Part shown: piece by piece, positions 37,767 through 48,552 of the stretch | Layout of the letters: each line of letters opens with the position of its first letter | Position numbering within the stretch: the stretch's first letter is position 1 | DNA from: Polyangiaceae bacterium | GTDB taxonomy: Bacteria > Myxococcota_A > Polyangia > Polyangiales > Polyangiaceae | Direction: 5' to 3' | Assembly: GCA_033763455.1 (NCBI GenBank) | Contig: JANRKO010000047.1 | Location: 32,001 to 96,000, forward strand | Length of the DNA: 64,000 nucleotides | Notes under the pieces: model-generated | Databases searched by the model: none | Seen by the model: the letters and a program-made list of their open reading frames with translations, nothing else | Told to the model about the DNA's origin: nothing | Made by a program: the position numbers and the translations under genes

Positions 37767-38342
37767 ATGGCACTGCGTGCCCGCGACAAGCTTCTGAATG
37801 ACGTGAACTGGGCGCTCGAAAATGGGCTCCCGCCTCGCGATTTGGTGCCCATGCTCCGAAGCCTGCTCGCTCAGGTCGAGCCGGAAAGTGCCGAGGCCCT
37901 GCGCGCCAAGCGGCATCTGGCGGAGCTGCTTGTAGAGTCGGATCCGTGGCGCGCAGCTGGGTACGCCCGCGACGTGCTGAAGGCCGAGCAGGATGATCGC
38001 TCCTACGCTGTGCTCGGGCTAGCCCACACGTTGCTCGGGAATTTTCGTGCGGCAGCGAGCGCCTATCGCTCGGCGATCCATCTCCGAGCAGACTGCGCCT
38101 GGTACCTTCATAATCTAGGGCATTTGCTAGATGTTGCCCTCAAGCGCCCCGAAGATGCACTGCTTTACCTGCGCAAAGCGCACCTGAGTGTTCCCGATGA
38201 GCCAGAAATGGCTGCATCTTACGCGCATGCGTTGTTGCGTACCGCCCGAGAGTCCGAGGCTCGCTCCGTGTTGGCGGGTGTCTTGGAAGGGCCGGCTGAG
38301 GTCGAAGCGCTTTTGGCACGCTGGTCTCGCGTTCCCGGCTGA
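37767..38342 (+). CDS. TPR protein
   Basis: YAVLGLAH...YRSAI, WYLHNLG repeats. Confidence 0.8.
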   Translation: MALRARDKLLNDVNWALENGLPPRDLVPMLRSLLAQVEPESAEALRAKRHLAELLVESDPWRAAGYARDVLKAEQDDRSYAVLGLAHTLLGNFRAAASAYRSAIHLRADCAWYLHNLGHLLDVALKRPEDALLYLRKAHLSVPDEPEMAASYAHALLRTARESEARSVLAGVLEGPAEVEALLARWSRVPG

Positions 38343-38387
38343 GACCCCCTTTCCGATCGGGGCCGACCCCACTATCGAAGGGACACT

Positions 38388-39875
38388 ATGCGCCCGTTGT
38401 TCCTTGCCTCCTGGGTTGTGGCCGCCACGGCAGTTTTTTCCCAGGCACACGCCCAAACCGTCACTCCGGCTTCTCCCCCTGCGCCGAGGCCGCCCGAAGC
38501 TGCTGGGCCTCCCGCCTCGGCCACCTCCCAAGCGCCAGCTGCCGCTGACGGAGTCTCCACTTCCACCACTCCCGCAGCTCCTGAATTTAATCTGAGCGAT
38601 CCTTTGTTGCAGGCCCAATTGCCAGCCGCCAAGGTGCTTTCCAACTGGCAGCAGGCTATCACCCTCGTTCGGAGTAACTCGACGAACTTGAAGAGCGCTC
38701 TGCTGCAGATCCAACAGGCAGAAGCACAAGCGCGCCAGGCGCTGGCTCAATCTTACCCCTCCTTGAGCGCCAACGGAAATATTTCCAGGCATCTACTCTT
38801 AGGCGAAGCGGCCCCCAATCCCCTGAACCCCGCCAGCAATGGAGGGAGCATTCCGGATCCGGCAACCACCTGGCAGGCTGGACTCAACCTTCGCATCCCC
38901 GTGATCGCACCCCAAGCATGGTACGACGGTGCGACGGCCAAATCCGCCATCGAACTTGCAAAGTTAAGCTCCAGCGAAACCGAAAGGCTGCTTCTAGCCG
39001 GGCTCGCGGATGCAATTGTCAATGTGATCACGTCTGAACGCTTGCTGGAAGTCAGCCAGGTGTCACTTCGCTCAACGCTTTCCACTTTAGAGCTGAATAC
39101 TCGGCGCGAAAGCCTGGGGGGCGGCAGCCAAGTGGATGTGTTGCGCGCGGAGCAGGAAGTTGCGTCAGCGCGTGCTCAAGTGATTGCGGCGATCGAAGGC
39201 GTGCAACGTTCACGTGAAGCGCTCGGCTTGGCCCTGGGTTCCGAAGAATCGTATTCCGTAGCCCCCAACATCCAGATCGATGCCCTGGTGAGTGATGCCA
39301 ATGCCGTCTGCCACCGCGAACAGAACGTAACCCAACGGTCCGACATCCGGGTGGCTCAGAGCAACACCGAGCTCGCTGCCCGGCGCCTCAAGAGCGTTGA
39401 CTACGGATTCTACCCCACGCTCGATTTGGTTTCCGGAGCTACGCTTTTTGGCAGCACCAATCAGAGCCCCAACCGTGAACGCGTGACCTGGACGGTAGCG
39501 GGCGTCCTCAACTGGACCCTGTACGATGGTGGCGCACGCTACGCTGGTCGCGACGTCGCAGCCACCCAACTGGGCCTTGCCCGAGAAACGCTCACAGATA
39601 CGCGTCGTAAAGCGTTGCTCCAACTTTCCCAAACCGCACGCGCGGTGCGCGTCGCCGCGGCCAACCTCGCCGTCAGCCAGAAGGCCCGCGATATTTCGCA
39701 GAAGAGCTCGGAGCTCTCAAAAATCGCCTTTATCAACGGCGCTGGGACTGCCTTTGACGTCGTAGACACCGAGCGCCGCTTGCGTTCCAGCGAACTGGAC
39801 CTCGCGATTAAGGAATTTGAGCTCGTAAAAGCGAAGATTACGGCGCTGCTTGCTCAGGCGAGCTGCGACATTTAG
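38388..39875 (+). CDS. TolC family outer-membrane protein
   Basis: Signal peptide; two OEP repeats (YPSL, YPTL, LYDGG). Confidence 0.9.
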   Translation: MRPLFLASWVVAATAVFSQAHAQTVTPASPPAPRPPEAAGPPASATSQAPAAADGVSTSTTPAAPEFNLSDPLLQAQLPAAKVLSNWQQAITLVRSNSTNLKSALLQIQQAEAQARQALAQSYPSLSANGNISRHLLLGEAAPNPLNPASNGGSIPDPATTWQAGLNLRIPVIAPQAWYDGATAKSAIELAKLSSSETERLLLAGLADAIVNVITSERLLEVSQVSLRSTLSTLELNTRRESLGGGSQVDVLRAEQEVASARAQVIAAIEGVQRSREALGLALGSEESYSVAPNIQIDALVSDANAVCHREQNVTQRSDIRVAQSNTELAARRLKSVDYGFYPTLDLVSGATLFGSTNQSPNRERVTWTVAGVLNWTLYDGGARYAGRDVAATQLGLARETLTDTRRKALLQLSQTARAVRVAAANLAVSQKARDISQKSSELSKIAFINGAGTAFDVVDTERRLRSSELDLAIKEFELVKAKITALLAQASCDI

Positions 39876-39942
39876 TCGCCGGCAAAGGGTCGAACAAGGC
39901 TCACGGTTGGGCTAAGCTCCCGAAGCTTTCCGCGGCTTGCCC

Positions 39943-40650
39943 ATGGCTCAGAAGAAACTCTATCCCATCCTCTTGGTCGCGACCGCGCTGCTCTTCTTTT
40001 ATCTGATCCAGTTCGTCGGCTTTACGGTGCCACAGGCACAAGCCGAGGCTGGAGGGATCGCTCAGAAGATCTTCTACTTTCACGTACCTTCCGCGTACGC
40101 GATGTACCTGTGCGGCACGGTGTGTTTTGTTGCAAGTTGCGGCTACCTATACCGCCCCTCGGATACCTGGGACGCTTGGGCGAGGGCCGGCTCCGAGTGC
40201 GCCGTGGCCTTTGGTAGCATGGTGCTGTTGAGTGGGCCGCTTTGGGCAAAGAAAGCCTGGGGCGTCTATTGGACATGGGATCCGCGCCTCACTACTCTGC
40301 TGCTAACGGTGCTCATCTATGCCGCGCTGGTGGTGATGCGGGCGTTTACCGGTGACGGCGACGCGGAGCGCAAGTTCGCGGCGGGATTTGGGATCCTTGG
40401 AACGGTTAACCTACCCATCGTCCACTATTCGGTTAAAAAGTGGGGAGGCAATCACCCCACGGTGGTTGGGCAGGGCGGCGGAGGCCTCCGCGATCCCGAC
40501 ATGGTGACGGCTCTTTCACTCGGCTTTTTGGCCATGACGTTGCTTGCCGTGCTCCTCATCGTAGCTCGAGCGAATTTGGCCCAGGCGCGCGCACGGGTAG
40601 CAGCCCTTGAAGAGCAGGCTGCCGTCGATGGCATCCTAGAAAGCCCTTAA
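39943..40650 (+). CDS. ccmC: Heme exporter / cytochrome c biogenesis protein CcmC
   Basis: YFHVPSA, WAKKAWGVYWTWDPRLT, SVKKW...HP. Confidence 0.92.
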   Translation: MAQKKLYPILLVATALLFFYLIQFVGFTVPQAQAEAGGIAQKIFYFHVPSAYAMYLCGTVCFVASCGYLYRPSDTWDAWARAGSECAVAFGSMVLLSGPLWAKKAWGVYWTWDPRLTTLLLTVLIYAALVVMRAFTGDGDAERKFAAGFGILGTVNLPIVHYSVKKWGGNHPTVVGQGGGGLRDPDMVTALSLGFLAMTLLAVLLIVARANLAQARARVAALEEQAAVDGILESP

Positions 40651-40679
40651 TTCCGAAGCGTCTTGATTTGAGTAGTCCC

Positions 40680-40919
40680 ATGCAGACACCGTCAGCCAAT
40701 CCGAATCTCAATAAGACTCCTGAAGGCCGCGCCCAAGAGTTCCAGGCGGTTCAGGGGGCCCCCGAAACCACGAGCGCCGAAGCGTTACTGATAACCGCTT
40801 ATATCGGCATGTGGGCCATCCTCATGGTTTTCGTGTTTCTTTCCTGGCGTCGCCAGCAGAAGCTCAACGTGCGGATTGCGGAGCTTGAGGCGGCGCTCGC
40901 CAAGCGCAAAGGAGCCTGA
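40680..40919 (+). CDS. ccmD: CcmD-like small membrane protein
   Basis: AYIGMWAIL TM then basic/coiled tail; directly after ccmC. Confidence 0.65.
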   Translation: MQTPSANPNLNKTPEGRAQEFQAVQGAPETTSAEALLITAYIGMWAILMVFVFLSWRRQQKLNVRIAELEAALAKRKGA

Positions 40920-40930
40920 GGGCGGGCCCC

Positions 40931-41056
40931 ATGCCTCTTGAGCATGTTATCTATATTCCGGTCATATTGGGCCTTGGGTTCGCGGTCGGTTATGTCGTGG
41001 GAATGCGGGCCGTACGCACTGAAGTAGCTAAAGCCAAGAAGGCAGCGAAGGAGTAG
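40931..41056 (+). CDS. Small membrane peptide (41 aa, MPLEHVIYIPVILGLGFAVGYVVGMRAV...), not in the ORF track
   Basis: Manually translated; single TM; fills the gap between ccmD and the acyl-CoA dehydrogenase. Confidence 0.65.
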   Translation: MPLEHVIYIPVILGLGFAVGYVVGMRAVRTEVAKAKKAAKE

Positions 41057-41059
41057 GCG

Positions 41060-42199
41060 ATGTTAAATTTCGGTCTTTCAGAAGAACAGCAGGCCCTCGT
41101 TGAAGCAGCGCGGCGTTTCGCCAAAGAGCGGATCATTCCCATCGCTGCGGCCTGCGATAAAGAAAGCACCTTTCCCAAAGATGTGTTCGAAGCTGGCCAC
41201 GCACTTGGCTTCGTGAACGCCACCGTGCCGGCTGAGTATGGTGGGCCAGGTCTCGGCGAACTCGAAAACGCCTTAATCGCCGAACAGTTAGCCTACGGCT
41301 GCACGGGGATCCAAACCAGCATGCTGGCCAACACGCTCGCGGCCACTCCCATCAAGCTCGCTGGTAGCGAAGAGCAGAAGAAGAAGTACCTTGGCATGCT
41401 CACAAGCTCGCCGGTGTTTGCCAGCTACTGCACCACCGAGCCGAGCGGCGGCAGCGATGTTGCGGGCCTGCGCACCACTTATAAGCAGCACGGTTCGGAT
41501 TACGTGCTCAACGGCGAAAAGTGCTGGATTACCAACGCTTCTTTTGCGAGCTTTTACGTGGTTTTCGCCACCACCAATCCCGAAAAACGCCACAAGGGCA
41601 TCGCCGCCTTCATCATCGATAGAGATACTCCGGGCCTGCGCGTAGGCAAACATGAAGACAAGCTGGGCCAACGCGCGAGCGATACGGCGGCCGTGCACTT
41701 CGAAGATGTCGTTGTGAGTGCGGCAAATATGCTGGCGCCCGAGGGCGAAGGGTTCAAGCTCGCGATGGAGACCTTCAACCAGACGCGGCCCGATATCGGT
41801 GCGATGGCAACGGGGCTCATGCAGCGTTGCTTGGACGAATCGGTGGCTTACGCCAAGGAGCGTAAAACCTTCGGAGTGGCTATCTCTGAGCACCAGCTTA
41901 TTCAAGCGATGCTTGCCGAGATGGCCATCGGCGCCGAGGCAACTCGCCTTTTGTACCAAAAAGCCGCCTGGAACCTCGACAACGACGTGCGGGACCCAAT
42001 TGTCTCAAGCTACGCCAAAGCGTTCGGCGCCGACCGCGCCATGCAGACAGCCATCGACGCCGTGCAGGTCTTTGGTGGCAACGGGTACGTGCGGGATTAT
42101 CCAGTCGAAAAACTCATGCGTGACGCGAAAGTCCTTCAGATCTACGAGGGTACCAGCCAGATCCAGCGGCTCGTCATCGCACGGCAGCTGATTCGATAA
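41060..42199 (+). CDS. Acyl-CoA dehydrogenase
   Basis: [41 protein letters not shown]. Confidence 0.96.
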   Translation: MLNFGLSEEQQALVEAARRFAKERIIPIAAACDKESTFPKDVFEAGHALGFVNATVPAEYGGPGLGELENALIAEQLAYGCTGIQTSMLANTLAATPIKLAGSEEQKKKYLGMLTSSPVFASYCTTEPSGGSDVAGLRTTYKQHGSDYVLNGEKCWITNASFASFYVVFATTNPEKRHKGIAAFIIDRDTPGLRVGKHEDKLGQRASDTAAVHFEDVVVSAANMLAPEGEGFKLAMETFNQTRPDIGAMATGLMQRCLDESVAYAKERKTFGVAISEHQLIQAMLAEMAIGAEATRLLYQKAAWNLDNDVRDPIVSSYAKAFGADRAMQTAIDAVQVFGGNGYVRDYPVEKLMRDAKVLQIYEGTSQIQRLVIARQLIR

Positions 42200-42305
42200 G
42201 GGCCGCTCGGCGTTCGTACCCAAAAGCGTCGGGGCGCCTCCAAATCAGCCATTTTAAGGCTCTCAAACGATTGCGGCAGGCGACCTTCGGGGGTAGCTTG
42301 GTCCC

Positions 42306-43178
42306 GTGTTTGGAATGGGTTTTTCGGAGATGTTGGTCGTCGGGACCGTGCTTCTCCTCGCCGTTGGGCCAAAGCGCTTGCCTGGGATGTTGCAGACGCT
42401 CGGCCAGTGGGTTCGCAAACTCAGGCGCATGGCTTTTGACATGCGCAACCAAAGTGGCCTGGACGATATCTTGCGTCAGGAAGGCCTAGCGGGCGGCTTC
42501 GCTGAGCTGCGTGAATTGCGAGATACGTTGAAGGGGGACATTGGGGCGATGCGACGGCAATGGGAAATGGAGCATCGCCCTGCACCTGCGGCGACTCCCG
42601 ATCCCGTAAGGCACACCCCGGGCGCCCTCCAAATCGATCCCACTCGCGAATACCCACCTGAAGGTGTGGACGCTCACGGCGCGTTGCCGGAAGACCTCGC
42701 GCACCAGGCGTACGAAGACGAAGACGTTGAGCACCACGAGGAGCGCTACGGAGGGAAAGAACCTGTGGCTAACAAAGCTACAGAAAATGAACCTGTAGCT
42801 ACCGAGCAGGCACCTCTCGCGCCCGAGCCTGTTCCCCCGCCCCCTGTCGAAGCTGCAGGTGGCGATCCGTCGCTCGCCGTTGAAGCAACAACCGCTGTTG
42901 CTGCGCCCACCCCGGCCCCCCAGCACACGGTCGGTGGCGTTCCGACGGGCTCAGCCTCAGCCTCTGCCTCGCGCCCCAGCCAACCCCCGCCGCCACCTCG
43001 CCCGAGCGCGCCACCGCGTCCAAGTGCCCCGCCGCGTCCAAGTGCTCCGCCGCGCCCGAGCGCACCAAGCCACAGCGCTCCGGCGTCTGCCGCGCCCTCC
43101 CAGGTAAAGGCCGAGCTCAACTCCGAGGCCACGGCAGCGAACACAAGTGCCTCCCCTGCGGAACCGCAAGGTGAGTAG
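42306..43178 (+). CDS. tatB: Twin-arginine translocase subunit TatB with Pro-rich tail
   Basis: MFGMGFSE...GPKRLP; four PPRPSA repeats; upstream of tatC. Confidence 0.88.
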   Translation: MFGMGFSEMLVVGTVLLLAVGPKRLPGMLQTLGQWVRKLRRMAFDMRNQSGLDDILRQEGLAGGFAELRELRDTLKGDIGAMRRQWEMEHRPAPAATPDPVRHTPGALQIDPTREYPPEGVDAHGALPEDLAHQAYEDEDVEHHEERYGGKEPVANKATENEPVATEQAPLAPEPVPPPPVEAAGGDPSLAVEATTAVAAPTPAPQHTVGGVPTGSASASASRPSQPPPPPRPSAPPRPSAPPRPSAPPRPSAPSHSAPASAAPSQVKAELNSEATAANTSASPAEPQGE

Positions 43179-43230
43179 CCGTTAACTCTAGTTCAACTAC
43201 TGCGACGATTGCCGAACCCCTGAGAGAAAA

Positions 43231-44025
43231 GTGACCGAAAACCCCGAGGAACAGCACGAAGAAGGCACCATGACGATCTGGGAGCATCTCGAAGAGCTCC
43301 GGGCACGCATGGTCAAAGCGCTCCTTGCGGCCGTTTTGGGCGCGGCACTGGGTTGGTACTTCCGGGGTCAGCTCCTCCACTTTTTACTGGCGCCCCTGCT
43401 CGAAAGCTGGCCCGCGAAACTTGGTCCTGCCACGATAAACGCCAGGACGCTTCCGGAAGGTTTTTTGATAAGCCTCAAGGTCGCTATTTTGGGCGGCTTC
43501 ATCATGGCCTTTCCGCTGATAGCCTATCAACTCTGGGCCTTCGTGGCGCCCGGGCTCTACAAGAAGGAAAAGCGCTACACGCTTCTATTTGTGGCGAGCT
43601 CGTGTGGGCTCTTTGCCGTTGGAAGCTATTTCTCGTGGCGTTTCGCGATCCCCGCGGGCTTTCAATACATGCTCACGTATCTCGGCCCAGACACCATACC
43701 CGGCGTACCGTTCGTGCCCACTTTCACGATTTCGGACTACGTGAACTTCGTCACCAAGCTCTTGATGGCGTTCGGCGTGATCTTCGAATTGCCGGTCGTG
43801 GTGCTTTTCCTTTCCGTAGCCGGGCTCATCAATCACACGCACCTAATCAAGTTCTTCCGCTATTTCGTCGTGATAGCGTTCGTGATTTCGGCCATCCTCA
43901 CGCCGCCGGATCCCATCAGCCAGTTGCTTATGGCACTGCCGCTTGTCGGGCTCTACGGATTTTCGATTGGTGTGGCCTACGTGTTCGGGCGCAAAAAAGA
44001 CGATACGGCAGACAGCAAAACGTGA
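43231..44025 (+). CDS. tatC: Twin-arginine translocase subunit TatC
   Basis: EHLEELR, WAFVAPGLYKKE, FELP, LTPPD. Confidence 0.96.
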   Translation: MTENPEEQHEEGTMTIWEHLEELRARMVKALLAAVLGAALGWYFRGQLLHFLLAPLLESWPAKLGPATINARTLPEGFLISLKVAILGGFIMAFPLIAYQLWAFVAPGLYKKEKRYTLLFVASSCGLFAVGSYFSWRFAIPAGFQYMLTYLGPDTIPGVPFVPTFTISDYVNFVTKLLMAFGVIFELPVVVLFLSVAGLINHTHLIKFFRYFVVIAFVISAILTPPDPISQLLMALPLVGLYGFSIGVAYVFGRKKDDTADSKT

Positions 44026-44306
44026 GCTGCCAAACCCCGGGGCTGAAAAGCGGAACCTGGCCCTAGGCAAGAAACCAACGTCGTACGCGAGGGAGCGCCA
44101 AACCGCTGACGCTCGCCTTCATGGTTCTCGAATTGGGGCGTCGAAACCTCGACTCGCAGCGCCAAATCACCAACGTATTTGGGCCACCGGGCCCGATCCT
44201 TGGCGCCGTGAACACAGCGTCGCCTCAACGCTCCTTGGCCTTAAGCCCGCTCGTTCGAGGTCGTTTTCATGGGGGCACGCTCTTTGCTTAAGCGCGAGCC
44301 AACCCT

Positions 44307-46436
44307 ATGCCCTCCCTCCCCAGCCTTCCTATTCTGTTCGTCGATGATGAAGCTCCTGTGCGCCGTGCCTTTGAACGTACGATGCGCCAACGCGGCTTCA
44401 AGGTAACTACGGCGGCGAGTGGCCCCGAGGCGCTGCGGGCGGTGCAGCTCCAGCAGTACCCGGTAGTGGTTACCGATCTCCGGATGCCGGGGCTCGACGG
44501 CATCGCGCTCATTGAACGCATCGTATCTATCTATCCGGATACTTCGTTCGTAGTGGTCACGGGCATGCCTGAGGTGGATCTGCGACGTGATCACGGCACG
44601 CACCACGGAATCACCGCCATAGTGCCCAAGCCGTGGAACGATGATGAACTCGCGAGCATTGTGGAGCGCGCCTACGAGCTCCAACGGCAGCGAGCCGAAT
44701 CTGCAGCACTCGATGCGGACGTATACCGCGTATTGCTCGTGGAGAACGCCGCCGAACAGGATTCCTCCGTAGCCGATTGCCTGCGCAGCGCCTTCGACAA
44801 ACGCCTCAAGCTCACCTTTGCGCAGAGCGTGCGAGAAGCCATTGCCAAACTCCACGATTCAGAGGTGGACATCATTCTTACAGATCTTGGCCTTCCTGAC
44901 GCCGGCGGGCTCGACTGCGTCCGCGCCCTGCACCCAGCCTCCCAGGAAGCGGCCATCATTGTGCTCAGCGACATTCACGACGAAGCGCTTTCTTTGGAAG
45001 CTATCCGCGTAGGTGCTCAGGAATACATCGCCAAGCCAGATCTCCACGCTCGCCACCTTCGTCAGCTCATTCGCTTCGCCGTCGAGCGCAAGAAGGCCGA
45101 GCAGCGCCTGGCCCACCGGGCCAACTATGATCAACTCACCGGCCTGGCCAACCGCTCCACGCTGCGCCGAAAGCTCGTTCAATCGCTCGCCCGAGCCACA
45201 CGAAGCAACGAGAAGCTGGCGGTAATGTTTCTCGATCTCGATCACTTCAAGGCCATCAACGATGCATACGGGCATGAAGGTGGAGATCGCCTGCTGCGCG
45301 AAGTCAGCGACCGTTTACTGGCAGCCGTGCGTGAATACGACACCGTTGCCAGGCTTTCTGGCGATGAATTTGCCATCTTGGTGGAGGGCCTGGAAAGCGC
45401 GGAGATCCCCGAAGCCCTAGCGCGCCGCATCGTGGCCTCACTCTCTCGCCCTATAACCCTAGATGGCGCAGAGCTTTGCGTCACATCCAGCATCGGAATT
45501 GCAAGTTACCCAGGTGCCGCCGAAACAGCGGACGAATTGCTCAAGGCCGCCGACTTTGCCATGTACCTTGCCAAGGAGCGAGGGCGAAACACCTACGTTC
45601 GGATGCAGGAGCCTCACGACGCTCAGGCAAAAAAAGCCCTAAGCCTTGCCGCACAGCTGCGCGTTGCCAAACAAGCCGATCAATTCTGCCTATTTTATCA
45701 GCCACAGGTAGCTCTGCCTTCGCTTGAAGTCGTGGGCCTGGAAGCGCTCTTGCGCTGGCGGCGTGATGATGGCGTGTTGGTTTCCCCTGCTGAATTTGTG
45801 CCGGTCCTCGAAGACAGCGGCCTCATTCTTGAAGCGGGTGCGTGGGTACTGCATGAAGCTTGCCGCAAGCTCGGCGAATTGCGCGAAGAAGGCCACCTAC
45901 ACCTTCGCATGGCCGTGAACCTATCGGCAAAACAATTCGAAGCTCAGGGCCTGGTGGATACGGTAAAAAGTGCCATGAAGGCTCACCGCGTTCCGCCGGG
46001 TTGTTTGGAGCTCGAAATCACCGAATCTCTCCTGATGCGAGACACCGAACGCACCAATTCAACGTTGGCGGAGCTCAAACGCCTCGGCGTTCGCATCGCG
46101 ATTGATGACTTTGGCACGGGCTATTCGTCACTCGCCTATCTGGATCGCTTCGACGTAGACGTGCTCAAGATCGATCAGTCTTTCATTCGAGCGATTTCTC
46201 GCGACAATCAACGAGAAGCTGTGGCTGGAGCCATCGTAGGCCTCGGCCACCAGTTGGGGTTGGAGGTAGTCGCAGAAGGCGTCGAATCCGACTCCCAAAT
46301 GCACTACATGATCGCGCAAGGCTGCAACATGGCTCAGGGCTACCTGTTCGGGCGCCCTGAAGAGCACTGGTCACCGCCGGCGCGGTCCTCGGTTCTCTTG
46401 GTCTCGCCGGGTGCCTCCCTGTCCTTGGCCGTTTGA
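44307..46436 (+). CDS. REC-REC-GGDEF-EAL diguanylate cyclase/phosphodiesterase
   Basis: Two receiver domains; SGDEF with I-site REYD; EAL, EITES, DDFGTGYSS. Confidence 0.95.
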   Translation: MPSLPSLPILFVDDEAPVRRAFERTMRQRGFKVTTAASGPEALRAVQLQQYPVVVTDLRMPGLDGIALIERIVSIYPDTSFVVVTGMPEVDLRRDHGTHHGITAIVPKPWNDDELASIVERAYELQRQRAESAALDADVYRVLLVENAAEQDSSVADCLRSAFDKRLKLTFAQSVREAIAKLHDSEVDIILTDLGLPDAGGLDCVRALHPASQEAAIIVLSDIHDEALSLEAIRVGAQEYIAKPDLHARHLRQLIRFAVERKKAEQRLAHRANYDQLTGLANRSTLRRKLVQSLARATRSNEKLAVMFLDLDHFKAINDAYGHEGGDRLLREVSDRLLAAVREYDTVARLSGDEFAILVEGLESAEIPEALARRIVASLSRPITLDGAELCVTSSIGIASYPGAAETADELLKAADFAMYLAKERGRNTYVRMQEPHDAQAKKALSLAAQLRVAKQADQFCLFYQPQVALPSLEVVGLEALLRWRRDDGVLVSPAEFVPVLEDSGLILEAGAWVLHEACRKLGELREEGHLHLRMAVNLSAKQFEAQGLVDTVKSAMKAHRVPPGCLELEITESLLMRDTERTNSTLAELKRLGVRIAIDDFGTGYSSLAYLDRFDVDVLKIDQSFIRAISRDNQREAVAGAIVGLGHQLGLEVVAEGVESDSQMHYMIAQGCNMAQGYLFGRPEEHWSPPARSSVLLVSPGASLSLAV

Positions 46437-48035
46437 GGCCGGACGAGCGCCCCCGCCTGCCGGGCGCGGGCCTGCGCCAAAGCCGCCTGCTGGACGCGAC
46501 GCGGAGCCAAAGCCGCCTGATGGTGCTGTGCGGTAGCCGCCACCGCTAGATCCGCGTCGCTGGTTGCCTTGCGCGCGCTGCCGATGGCCTCCGCCACCTC
46601 CACCACCGCCGCCACCTCCGCTCACAGCGGCACTCTTCACGAACGCACCCGGGCTTCCACCGGCCACCGGGATCTTCTTCTGCGTCAGCTTTTCTATCGC
46701 TGCCAGGCAACCGAGCTCCGTGTTGTCACAAAAGGCGATCGCCTTGCCTTGCCCACCGGCACGAGCGGTACGCCCAATGCGGTGCACATAGCTCTCGGGC
46801 ACGTTGGGCAGATCGTAATTGATCACCAAAGATACGCCTTGAACATCAATTCCACGTGCCGCGATATCGGTGGCCACGAGCACCAAGTTGGAACCGTCGC
46901 GAAATTCATTGAGAGCTTTCACACGCGCACCTTGGGATTTGTTGCCGTGAATCGCAGAAGCTTGAATGCCCGCTTTGGTAAGCTGCGTCGCGATGCGGTT
47001 GGCACCGTGTTTGGTTCTCGAAAAAATCAGCGTTCTGCCAGGAACCTCGGATTTTAAAACCGTCTCCAGCAAGGTGCGTTTCTCGGCCTGGGACGCAAAA
47101 TACACAGACTCCGAAATCCCGGTGGCGGTGGTGCCCTGAGGCGCCACCGATACGCGAACTGGGTTACGCAAAAAGCGCTGGGCGAGCTCCACAATGGGCG
47201 CCGGCAGGGTCGCAGAAAATAGCAGCGTTTGCCGTGATTCCGGCACTTCGGCAAGAATACGTCGCACGTCATGAATGAAGCCCATGTCCAGCATGGTATC
47301 CGCTTCGTCCAACACCAAGATTTCCACGTTTCGTAGAGACACCACACGCTGCCCCATCAAATCGAGCAAGCGACCAGGCGTTGCAATCAACACATCCGGG
47401 CGCCGCGCCAGCTGCTCCTCCTGACGCTTCTGGCTAACACCTCCGTAAACAACTGTGTTGCTAAGCTTGAGGTTCCTGCCGTAGCCATCCGTGCGCTCCG
47501 CGATCTGGATCGCAAGCTCCCGGGTGGGAGTTACCACCAAGGCACGGATCATTCCGCGCGGTGCGCCCAGGCGCTGCAGCAGTGGCAGCGTGAAAGCTGC
47601 CGTTTTGCCTGTGCCCGTCTGAGCTGAACCCAACAAATCTTTGCCTTCCAAAATCGTAGGGATGCAATCACGCTGAATGGGCGTTGGCGTGGAGTACCCT
47701 TCTTCACCGAGCGCTGAAACGAGTTGTGCACATAGGCCTAACTCGGCGAAGGCGCTTGCGTCAGCTTGGAGCGCCGGGCGCCTGGAGGGAGGCGCTGATA
47801 CGGGTGCCGTGGGTCGGGAATTCTGTTGAGACCGTTGGTCCCTCTGTGGCGGACGCCCTCTTTGCCCTCTGGCCTCTGGGCGTACTTCCGGCCGTTGAAA
47901 TGGCGTCGCGGCGCGAGGAGTTTGGCTGCGTTGGGGGGGAGCCGTGAAGGGGGCTTCGACCCTGGCGCTCCTCGGTTCTCGGTCTTTTTGCCGTTCCGGC
48001 TGGGATCCTGGATGATTCTTGGGCAAAACGGTCAT
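46371..48035 (-). CDS. rhlE: DEAD-box RNA helicase (RhlE-like)
   Basis: AQTGTGKT, DEAD, SAT, HGNKSQ, HRIGRTAR; Gly/Arg tail; start uncertain. Confidence 0.88.
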   Translation of the reverse strand: MTVLPKNHPGSQPERQKDREPRSARVEAPFTAPPQRSQTPRAATPFQRPEVRPEARGQRGRPPQRDQRSQQNSRPTAPVSAPPSRRPALQADASAFAELGLCAQLVSALGEEGYSTPTPIQRDCIPTILEGKDLLGSAQTGTGKTAAFTLPLLQRLGAPRGMIRALVVTPTRELAIQIAERTDGYGRNLKLSNTVVYGGVSQKRQEEQLARRPDVLIATPGRLLDLMGQRVVSLRNVEILVLDEADTMLDMGFIHDVRRILAEVPESRQTLLFSATLPAPIVELAQRFLRNPVRVSVAPQGTTATGISESVYFASQAEKRTLLETVLKSEVPGRTLIFSRTKHGANRIATQLTKAGIQASAIHGNKSQGARVKALNEFRDGSNLVLVATDIAARGIDVQGVSLVINYDLPNVPESYVHRIGRTARAGGQGKAIAFCDNTELGCLAAIEKLTQKKIPVAGGSPGAFVKSAAVSGGGGGGGGGGGHRQRAQGNQRRGSSGGGYRTAPSGGFGSASRPAGGFGAGPRPAGGGARPASNGQGQGGTRRDQENRGPRRR

Positions 48036-48050
48036 TTCAAGCGGCTCATT

Positions 48051-48479
48051 CTAACCTTCGCGGGCATACGGTTCATTGTTGTTGATGCTCATAGCGCGAT
48101 ACAGCTGCTCCAACAAAACAATTCTTGCCAGGCGATGCGGAAGCGTTAACTGAGAAAGACTAAGTTGAAAATCCGCTCGGGCGCTAAGCGCCTTGGGGAT
48201 CCCTTCGGCTCCCCCAATTATGAACGCGATCACCCCTTTTCCGCGCGTACTCCAATGGGCGACGTACCGCGCCAAATCGAGACTTGTCGGCGATTTCCCC
48301 AGGACTTCCAGCGCCACCACCCAAGCCCCATCGGGAATAGCTCGCTCCAGCTTGTCCGCTGACCCCACTTCTTTTTCTTCCACGGGGCAATAGTGCGCGA
48401 GGCGCCCGAGATAGTCGTCACGCAACGCACGGTAGGCGGCTTCCTTCAGCTTGCCCTCGGCCACCACAACGATCTTCAT
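48051..48479 (-). CDS. rlmH: 23S rRNA pseudouridine-1915 N3-methyltransferase
   Basis: FIIGGAEG, LSLSQLTLPH, EQLYRA...PY. Confidence 0.95.
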   Translation of the reverse strand: MKIVVVAEGKLKEAAYRALRDDYLGRLAHYCPVEEKEVGSADKLERAIPDGAWVVALEVLGKSPTSLDLARYVAHWSTRGKGVIAFIIGGAEGIPKALSARADFQLSLSQLTLPHRLARIVLLEQLYRAMSINNNEPYAREG

Positions 48480-48552
48480 CGAACCGCGCTTAAGTCAAAA
48501 CTTCAAAACTGGCTTTTTTTTCGAGCATTTTGCGCGGAAAAACGCGAGACTT

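Noticed and set aside
42990..43070. 18-bp PPRPSA repeats in tatB
   Set aside because: Low-complexity disordered tail, common in TatB proteins.
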